Under the pieces are notes generated by a model. It worked only from the letters and a program-made list of their open reading frames with translations, was not told the DNA's origin and did no database searches. Below, in pieces: positions 1 through 5,391 of a stretch of 5,977 nt of DNA; the stretch's first letter is position 1, and every line of letters begins with the position of its first letter. The translations under genes and the position numbers were made by a program. This stretch comes from a virus. Where the stretch lies: positions 1 to 5,977 of the IMG/VR virus record IMGVR_UViG_3300045988_003894. One strand, written 5' to 3'.

Positions 1-55
1 CACTGGGTAATCACAGAGAAAGGTGAAGACTACAACCGCATACACATGCACGGTA
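1..55. repeat. Terminal redundancy, copy 1. It is identical to 5923..5977, the overlap signature of a circular contig with a 5,922-nt unit.
   Basis: Direct comparison: cactgggtaatcacagagaaaggtgaagactacaaccgcatacacatgcacggta occurs at 1-55 and again at 5923-5977. The repeat lies inside one continuous reading frame, and 5922 is divisible by 3, so the frame is preserved across the junction. Confidence 0.95.
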
Positions 56-582
56 TAGTATGGTGCAGCAAGGAGGACGTAGACGCATGGCGCTACGGAT
101 ACACCTACATAGGGGACTATGTCAATGGCAAGACAATCAACTATATAACCAAATATATGCTGAAAATCAACGAGAAATGTCCTGAATTCGAGGGGAAAGT
201 GTTCTGTAGTCAAGGTATTGGCCGAGGTTACGAAAAAAGCACAAATGCAAGACGAAACAGATACCAGGAAGAACGTACCATCGAGACTTACAAGGCAGAA
301 GACGGCAGAGAACTGCCAATGCCAAAGTACTACCACGACAAGATATACTCAGAAGAAGAGCGAGAAAAATTATGGATCATGAAGCAAGAGAGAGGTTACA
401 GATACATAGGAGGTGAAAAATGTAGTACAGAAGACCTCGAAGAATGGGACAACTTAACAAGATACTATCAGAGACGGGGTGTAGAAGTATTTGGAGACAA
501 GCCCGACGAATGGGAAAAAGACAAGCAGCGCAAGCGTCTGGAACGTATGCGTATTGCCAGACGTCGGATGCACAAGTGTTGA
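1..582 (+). CDS. VP4: Replication initiation protein VP4, 3' part. Nt 1-55 duplicate 5923-5977. The stop is TGA at 580..582, followed at once by TAA.
   Basis: Frame 1 reads HWVITEKGEDYNRIHMHGIVW from nt 1. The HUH motif (H-M-H) is at 43..51. The catalytic di-tyrosine motif 3, YITKYMLK (YxxxY as in phiX174 protein A), is at 142..165. The C-terminus is basic (KRLERMRIARRRMHKC). The track ORF 46..582 is only the segment downstream of an internal Met. Confidence 0.9.
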   Translation, partial: HWVITEKGEDYNRIHMHGIVWCSKEDVDAWRYGYTYIGDYVNGKTINYITKYMLKINEKCPEFEGKVFCSQGIGRGYEKSTNARRNRYQEERTIETYKAEDGRELPMPKYYHDKIYSEEEREKLWIMKQERGYRYIGGEKCSTEDLEEWDNLTRYYQRRGVEVFGDKPDEWEKDKQRKRLERMRIARRRMHKC

Positions 583-641
583 TAACCTGTTGATAACACA
601 GCAAAATCGGTTAATAAACCTGTTAATAACTTGTTGATAAA
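577..641. repeat. Cluster of five helically phased 9-10 nt iterons (TGTTGATAAC type) that overlaps the VP4 stop codon.
   Basis: Copies: 577 TGTTGATAAC, 588 TGTTGATAAC, 609 GGTTAATAA, 621 TGTTAATAAC, 632 TGTTGATAAA. Start-to-start spacings are 11, 21, 12 and 11 nt. Confidence 0.85.
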
Positions 642-691
642 ATAAATGCTTAAAATTTGGAATATTGAAATGTTTTATTATAAGAAAATAC

Positions 692-786
692 TTATGAACA
701 ATGCAAATAATTTAACAGAAAGTTATGAACAAAGTTATGAACAAGATAAATGTCTATAAATGAATGAATTAACATAGTTATGAACA
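692..786. repeat. Second repeat family, (AG)TTATGAACA, in four copies that include a perfect 12-nt tandem duplication.
   Basis: TTATGAACA occurs at 692..700, 723..731, 735..743 and 778..786. AGTTATGAACAA is repeated in perfect tandem at 721..732 and 733..744. Confidence 0.85.
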
Positions 787-863
787 GTTTCAACAGGCTA
801 TCATATACATATATAATTCTCTTTAATAGAAAAAAAGAATATATGATTATAATAAAAAAAATG

Positions 864-877
864 CGCAAAATTTTGCG
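864..877. promoter_or_regulatory. Perfect 14-bp palindrome CGCAAAATTTTGCG overlapping the -33 element of the predicted promoter. It is a possible operator.
   Basis: The sequence equals its own reverse complement. AAAATGCG also recurs on both sides of it (from about 857 and about 887). Confidence 0.5.
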
Positions 878-902
878 TTTTAAAAGAAAATGCGTATATT
901 TG
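872..902 (+). promoter_or_regulatory. Bacteroidetes-type (sigma-AB) promoter: -33 TTTG (872..875), a 19-nt spacer, then -7 TATATTTG (895..902).
   Basis: Exact match to the published Bacteroides consensus TTTG-N19-21-TAnnTTTG. It sits about 25-50 nt upstream of the first ORFs of the + strand gene block. No other exact TAnnTTTG was found in either non-coding region. Confidence 0.65.
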
Positions 903-952
903 TAATGTAATCAAAAAAGGAGAAATCATGAAAACAACTAAAAATTACGATT

Positions 953-1123
953 ATGAAAGAGTTTGAAATTACCTTGAAGAATTTAAAAAATGGCTTAACA
1001 CTGGATATAGCAATGAATGGAAGCGATATATCTGAAGCATTACATAAAACAGAAATGTTATGCAAACAATTTGAGAAACATGGTATTCTGTTGAAAATAA
1101 CGCTAATATACGAAATTGAATAA
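953..1123 (+). CDS. Hypothetical small protein (56 aa). It is absent from the supplied ORF track.
   Basis: ATG 953 to TAA 1121..1123 translates as MKEFEITLKNLKNGLTLDIAMNGSDISEALHKTEMLCKQFEKHGILLKITLIYEIE. It fills the gap between the promoter and the next ORF and has the same orientation as all other genes. I recognise no motif. Confidence 0.45.
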   Translation: MKEFEITLKNLKNGLTLDIAMNGSDISEALHKTEMLCKQFEKHGILLKITLIYEIE

Positions 1124-1139
1124 TTTTAAAATAAAAGAC

Positions 1140-1313
1140 ATGCAGGAATCAATATTATTTATTATATTTGAAATCGAATTCGTTAACGAAACAACAGGAC
1201 AGGTGGTAAACTTAACTACCACCTGTGGAAGCTACAGGGAGTTAGGAAAGTATTTAACAGAAATGAACAAAAAATCATGGAGAATGTTAAAAGTAAAAAG
1301 GAAAGACAATTAA
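1140..1313 (+). CDS. Hypothetical small protein (57 aa from ATG 1140; the track start at 1116 is a TTG).
   Basis: MQESILFIIFEIEFVNETTGQVVNLTTTCGSYRELGKYLTEMNKKSWRMLKVKRKDN. It is tightly packed, starting 17 nt after the previous stop and overlapping the next ORF by 37 nt. I recognise no motif. Confidence 0.45.
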   Translation: MQESILFIIFEIEFVNETTGQVVNLTTTCGSYRELGKYLTEMNKKSWRMLKVKRKDN

Positions 1314-1495
1314 TTAAAATTATGGTTGTAGCATGGATTATTGCAGCAACACTAGGAGGATGCGTGGTAAGTCTCAACATTCAGAAGAATAATCAAAACA
1401 GCACACAATCCGTATCGCAGGAGAATGAGGCGACTCAAAAAAATGACAGTACCAACTTTAATATGAATACGAAAAATGGAAAAGAACAACAATGA
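1277..1495 (+). CDS. Putative small secreted lipoprotein (72 aa).
   Basis: The N-terminus MENVKSKKERQLIKIMVVAWIIAATLGGC has a positively charged n-region, a hydrophobic h-region and a lipobox-like L-G-G-C (1352..1363). A polar low-complexity tail of about 43 aa rich in N/Q/S/T follows. An alternative start is ATG 1322. Confidence 0.55.
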   Translation: MENVKSKKERQLIKIMVVAWIIAATLGGCVVSLNIQKNNQNSTQSVSQENEATQKNDSTNFNMNTKNGKEQQ

Positions 1496-1727
1496 TTTTA
1501 TCGAGGTTTACAAAGGAATCACAAGAATTGTAAAGACTAAGGAACATGATGAAGATGTATGGTTTGCCGTAATTGGCAACACAATTGTTTCACGTGGAAC
1601 ATTCAAAACAAAAGAAGACTGTGTAAAAGACCTGGAAAAGACTGATTATGAACAGATTTGTAAGATTGCTCTTGCTGTTACTACAGCTCTTAAGGATTAT
1701 AAACCGAAAAAAGTAGAAGAAGTATGA
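1476..1727 (+). CDS. Hypothetical protein (83 aa), translationally coupled to VP1.
   Basis: MEKNNNDFIEVYKGITRIVKTKEHDEDVWFAVIGNTIVSRGTFKTKEDCVKDLEKTDYEQICKIALAVTTALKDYKPKKVEEV. Its stop TGA (1725..1727) overlaps the VP1 start ATG (1724..1726) as ATGA. Confidence 0.55.
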   Translation: MEKNNNDFIEVYKGITRIVKTKEHDEDVWFAVIGNTIVSRGTFKTKEDCVKDLEKTDYEQICKIALAVTTALKDYKPKKVEEV

Positions 1728-3733
1728 AGGTAAACATCGGAAAAAACACGCTGGGCGACAACAATAAGATGTCCGTATCTCTAAGAGAATATGGACGCAG
1801 TACCCATGACCTGTCTTACGCATGGAGGTCACCCATGGGAGTAGGTACACTAGTGCCATTCATGAAATTACTGGCGCTACCAGGAGATACATTCGAAATC
1901 GACTTGGATTCAAAAGTGCTGACACATCCAACAGTAGGGCCTCTATTTGGACAGTTTAAGATGCAAGCGGACGTATTCACATGTCCATTGAGATTATACC
2001 AGGCTCAACTACATAACAATGCACTGAATATCGGGCTGGACATGAAAAAAGTCAAATTGCCTAAATTTGCGCAAAACTACAAAACACTAGAGAATGCAAG
2101 CATTCAGGAATCGAAAAAATCAGGAACAGGAAGTCTGGCGGAATACTTAGGATTAAGATATGAACCTTTCAGAGACCAGATTAACAATGTCAATGCAGTA
2201 CCTTACTTTTCGTATTACGACATTTTCAAAAACTTCTACGCCAACAAGCAGGAAGATTACTTCATGATAATGGGAGGTAGTCTGATTGTAAACGGAGGAA
2301 GCGTAACAACTAATAACGGTAATGTATTCAGCAAAACAAACTATACCGGTCCCTATGGATGGTTAAACTTCAAATACGAAAATGTATTAAAAGTAACATT
2401 ACCCAAAGCTCTATGGGATACATATCAAGAAACGAAAGAATTAGAAACATGGTTTACGTTAGTAGACGGAAGAACATTAAAATTCAACGCAGTACTATAC
2501 GGGGACGAAAAAGTCGAAGCAGAAGGAGACAACGTTACCATAATAATTGACCGACCACGTACAGGCAAGTGGAGTATATCAGGTGGAGAACTGGAAAATA
2601 ATGTTGATTATGCTCTAACAGGAGTAAATCATATAGTAAGTAAAGGAACAGCTGTAAAAACCTACACAAGCTCATATAGACTGGAAGAAATCGACAACTT
2701 AAGGGAATACGTACTGAAGCAGGGGAAGAAGGAAATTTTGATAAAGTCTAATTCTACGGAAGAATGGATAGGAACATCATTCATTAAGGATGTACTGGTA
2801 GGAACAGCCAAAGAAGGAGAATCCGAACCGAAGATCAAGATGCCTATCATCCAAATGGAAATGGGCGGACTGTGTCTGAAAACGCTACAGAGCGACATAT
2901 TCAATAACTGGGTCAACAAAGAGTGGGTAGACGGAGATAATGGAATCAAAGCAATTACTGACGTGGCAATCACGGACGGAAAACTGAATCTGGACAGCCT
3001 GAACATCGCACAGAAGGTGTACAACATGCTGAACCGTATTGCGGTGTCAGGAGGAAGCTATAAGGACTGGATTGAAACGGTATATACTACAGACTATTAC
3101 TTTAGAGCAGAAACACCTGTATACGAAGGTGGTATGTCAACAATAATTGATTTTGAAGCTGTGGTAAGTAATTCCTCAAGCACAGCAAGCGGTGTAGAAG
3201 AGCCATTGGGAAGCCTGGCAGGACGTGGATACAACGGGCAGAAAAAAGGCGGAAGGATTAAGATTAAAGTCAATGAACCTTGTTATATCATGGGTATCGC
3301 AAGCATTACGCCACTGGTAGACTACTCTCAGGGTAACGACTGGGACAACTGGCTGGAGACTATGGATGACTTACACAAGCCGCAGCTAGATGGTATCGGT
3401 TATCAGGATTTGATGGAGAACAAGATGCACGGACTGGCAAAACCGTCACTGGCAATAGGAAAGCAGCCTGCATGGCTGGACTACATGACCAACTTCAATA
3501 AGTCATTCGCAGATTTCGCAGCAGGAGGAAAGGAAAGTTATATGGTATTGAACCGTATCTACAATGTGAACAATGAAGGACACATTACAAATACTACAAC
3601 ATATATCAATCCAAAAGACTACACATATATATTTGCGACCAATACGGAGACCAACAGAGACTTCTGGATACAGATTGGTTGCGGGGTAATTGCGAGACGA
3701 GTAATGAGCGCAGCTCAGATTCCATTAATGTAA
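1724..3733 (+). CDS. VP1: Major capsid protein VP1 (phiX174 F-protein family), 669 aa.
   Basis: It is the largest ORF. The N-terminal block RSTHDLSYAWRSPMGVGTLVPFMKLLALPGDTFEIDLDSKVLTHPTVGPLF matches the Microviridae capsid pattern (S.hdLS....t...G.L.P......lPGD.f.i). A later block, NRIAVSGGSYKDWIETVY....AETPVYEGG, corresponds to the conserved sGsrY.e.....fGv......rPeylGG region. It ends in a double stop, TAATAA. Confidence 0.9.
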   Translation: MKVNIGKNTLGDNNKMSVSLREYGRSTHDLSYAWRSPMGVGTLVPFMKLLALPGDTFEIDLDSKVLTHPTVGPLFGQFKMQADVFTCPLRLYQAQLHNNALNIGLDMKKVKLPKFAQNYKTLENASIQESKKSGTGSLAEYLGLRYEPFRDQINNVNAVPYFSYYDIFKNFYANKQEDYFMIMGGSLIVNGGSVTTNNGNVFSKTNYTGPYGWLNFKYENVLKVTLPKALWDTYQETKELETWFTLVDGRTLKFNAVLYGDEKVEAEGDNVTIIIDRPRTGKWSISGGELENNVDYALTGVNHIVSKGTAVKTYTSSYRLEEIDNLREYVLKQGKKEILIKSNSTEEWIGTSFIKDVLVGTAKEGESEPKIKMPIIQMEMGGLCLKTLQSDIFNNWVNKEWVDGDNGIKAITDVAITDGKLNLDSLNIAQKVYNMLNRIAVSGGSYKDWIETVYTTDYYFRAETPVYEGGMSTIIDFEAVVSNSSSTASGVEEPLGSLAGRGYNGQKKGGRIKIKVNEPCYIMGIASITPLVDYSQGNDWDNWLETMDDLHKPQLDGIGYQDLMENKMHGLAKPSLAIGKQPAWLDYMTNFNKSFADFAAGGKESYMVLNRIYNVNNEGHITNTTTYINPKDYTYIFATNTETNRDFWIQIGCGVIARRVMSAAQIPLM

Positions 3734-3744
3734 TAATTAACAAT

Positions 3745-4077
3745 ATGGGAAAACCAAGAATAATCAAGGAGAGCCATTACGTGGGATTCTACGTGATGGA
3801 GGCCTATGAAGGCAAGACAATAGAACAGAGATGTCGGGAAATGGTGGAAACAGGTGAACCAATCAAGGACACATCACCGTTGATATACACACCAAAGGAA
3901 AAGGGAGTAAGACCTGAATACAATGTACGAGCGGACAAGTGGGATATTGCTCAGGGAGCAATGGACGCAGTGAACAGGGAAAGGATTGCTAAAGGACAAC
4001 AACCTTCTAATGTAGACAATGGAGAAAAAACGCCAATGGGCGCGCCTGAACCAAATCAGGCTGGGCAGCCGAGCTGA
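3745..4077 (+). CDS. Hypothetical protein (110 aa) between VP1 and VP2. Its position suggests a scaffolding or other structural accessory protein.
   Basis: From ATG 3745 (the track start 3679 is a TTG inside VP1): MGKPRIIKESHYVGFYVMEAYEGKTIEQRCREMVETGEPIKDTSPLIYTPKEKGVRPEYNVRADKWDIAQGAMDAVNRERIAKG... followed by a Pro/Gly/Gln-rich tail. The segment IYTPKEKGVRPEYNVRADKWDIA resembles a motif I recall from small ORFs of other gut microviruses. The function is not established. Confidence 0.6.
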   Translation: MGKPRIIKESHYVGFYVMEAYEGKTIEQRCREMVETGEPIKDTSPLIYTPKEKGVRPEYNVRADKWDIAQGAMDAVNRERIAKGQQPSNVDNGEKTPMGAPEPNQAGQPS

Positions 4078-4094
4078 CACTCGGGTTAAACAAC

Positions 4095-4116
4095 TGTGCG
4101 TATTTCGGTACGCACA
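4095..4116 (+). promoter_or_regulatory. Perfect 8-bp stem / 6-nt loop hairpin in the 3745-ORF / VP2 spacer.
   Basis: TGTGCGTA-tttcgg-TACGCACA. No T-run follows, so it is not a canonical intrinsic terminator. Confidence 0.6.
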
Positions 4117-4144
4117 CAGCCATATATATCAAGTTAAGTATAAT

Positions 4145-4161
4145 CGCTTTTGGAAAAAGCG
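4145..4161 (+). promoter_or_regulatory. Hairpin with a 7-bp stem and 3-nt loop, ending 15 nt upstream of the VP2 start codon.
   Basis: CGCTTTT-gga-AAAAGCG. Confidence 0.5.
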
Positions 4162-4176
4162 CGAAAACGACACAAT

Positions 4177-5253
4177 ATGGGATTTTTAAATTTCTTAGAC
4201 AAGGGAGGCTCAGGACTGATTACAGGAATTGCCAACACAATAACGGGAGCCGTACAGAACAAAAAAGCACTGGCATGGCAAAAAGAGCAGTGGCAGCAGC
4301 AGATGCAGTACGGACGTGAGATGTGGGAAAAGCAGAACCAGGCGGAAAATGACCGTATGGCGCTGCAAAACCAGTGGAACAAAGAAGCAGCAGCGCAGTC
4401 ACAGCAGTATGCCAAAGAGATGTTTGACTACACGGGTTACGAGAACCAGGTGAAGCAGATGAAAGCGGCAGGACTGAATCCGGCACTAATGAACGGAGGC
4501 GGAGGGTCAGCAGGACAGGCAAGCGCAGGAGCTGAAGTACAACCTGCTCAGGCATTCCAACCGATGGGAATACAGATGGCATTACAGGCGCAGCAGGTAA
4601 TGGCCAACACTCAATTAGCTAATGCTCAGGCTCAGAAAACAAGAGCCGAGGCTACGGCACAGAATATGCAGAACCTGGTAGGCAGCAGCATAGACCTGGC
4701 ACAGAAGATTGGTGAGATAGGCAAGACAAAACAGGAAAAGAAAAACCTGGAAGCTACATATACCAAGACAGTAGAAGAAGTCAAGAAGGTTCAGGAAGAG
4801 GTTAATAACCTTATGCTACAGGGAGATGTATTGAAAGAGAACAAGGAGCTGCTTGCATTCCAGAATGAAGCGAACAGGATTATAAAGAACGGAATACACT
4901 ACGATAACAAAGGCAGAGAAACGGACTGGGAACAGTCTGTACTCACGAAGTACTTCGGGCCTATCGGAAGAGACGTGGCACAGTGGGAGAAAGACGAGCG
5001 GCAAGCATTGTTCGACAAAGGTGTCCTGGAGCGTCTGATGAAGGACATAGACGCCATTGCAAAAGGTAAGGTTGACGAGTTCTCACTGGCTGGAATAAAG
5101 TTCGACTTAATGCAGAAACAGTGGGAAAGAGCAGACTTCGAGCTGGAACAGGACAAGGCAGCATCCTTGCTGCTTGAGAAGTTGACGGGTGAAGGAGAAT
5201 ATGCAAGGCTGTTAGGCAAGTTCTTGAAAGTACTATTAAGCTTCATCAAGTAA
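4177..5253 (+). CDS. VP2: Minor capsid / DNA pilot protein VP2 (functional analogue of phiX174 H), 358 aa from ATG 4177.
   Basis: MGFLNFLDKGGSGL..., then a Gln/Asn/Ala-rich helical region (QKEQWQQQMQYGREMWEKQNQAENDRMALQNQWNKEAAAQSQQYAKEMFDY), the hallmark AGLNPALM motif (4468..4491), a Gly-rich linker (NGGGGSAGQASAGA) and a long charged coiled-coil-like C-terminal half. The track start 4150 is a TTG; ATG 4177 is preferred. Confidence 0.8.
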   Translation: MGFLNFLDKGGSGLITGIANTITGAVQNKKALAWQKEQWQQQMQYGREMWEKQNQAENDRMALQNQWNKEAAAQSQQYAKEMFDYTGYENQVKQMKAAGLNPALMNGGGGSAGQASAGAEVQPAQAFQPMGIQMALQAQQVMANTQLANAQAQKTRAEATAQNMQNLVGSSIDLAQKIGEIGKTKQEKKNLEATYTKTVEEVKKVQEEVNNLMLQGDVLKENKELLAFQNEANRIIKNGIHYDNKGRETDWEQSVLTKYFGPIGRDVAQWEKDERQALFDKGVLERLMKDIDAIAKGKVDEFSLAGIKFDLMQKQWERADFELEQDKAASLLLEKLTGEGEYARLLGKFLKVLLSFIK

Positions 5254-5255
5254 GT

Positions 5256-5284
5256 CGCGCGCGTACGTATATCGCACACGCACG
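5256..5284. repeat. Alternating pyrimidine-purine tract (17 nt plus 12 nt with one phase slip) immediately after the VP2 stop.
   Basis: cgcgcgcgtacgtatat (5256..5272) and cgcacacgcacg (5273..5284) are both strictly YR-alternating. Confidence 0.7.
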
Positions 5285-5328
5285 GAATCAGCTTGATGGT
5301 CATATTTTGGGCGTGACCCGCAAGGGGT

Positions 5329-5391
5329 CGGGCTTTCCGCTGCAATTCCTCCTGCGCTTCGCTCCGTGCGGGATTTCCGCTGCAATCCCTC
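5329..5391. repeat. Two copies of a 23-nt GC-rich repeat spaced exactly 40 nt apart. A third, degenerate core copy lies at about 5405..5417.
   Basis: CGGGcTTTCCGCTGCAATtCCTC (5329..5351) and CGGGaTTTCCGCTGCAATcCCTC (5369..5391) match at 21 of 23 positions. A related GGATTCGCTACAAT is at 5404..5417. Copy 2 can fold as GGGATT-tccgctgc-AATCCC (5370..5389). A separate hairpin GACCC-gcaag-GGGTC is at 5315..5329. Confidence 0.8.

Noticed and set aside
46-582. The track ORF 46..582 read as a stand-alone 178-aa protein.
   Set aside because: The frame is open from nt 1 and continues, through the 55-nt terminal repeat, from the ORF starting at 5563. Met46 is the middle residue of the HUH motif (H-M-H), not a start codon.
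646-759. A 37-codon ORF (MLKIWNIEMFYYKKILMNNANNLTESYEQSYEQDKCL) in the AT-rich intergenic region.
   Set aside because: It is short, lies upstream of the only recognisable promoter and is composed largely of the iterated DNA repeats. It is more parsimoniously non-coding. It is mentioned under the repeat finding as a remote possibility.
1116-4176. TTG-initiated upstream extensions used by the track: 1116 for the 1140 ORF, 3679 for the 3745 ORF and 4150 for VP2.
   Set aside because: Each has an ATG a short distance downstream. The 3679 extension would overlap VP1 by 55 nt. The 4150 extension would start inside a hairpin. The ATG starts give a tidier gene arrangement.
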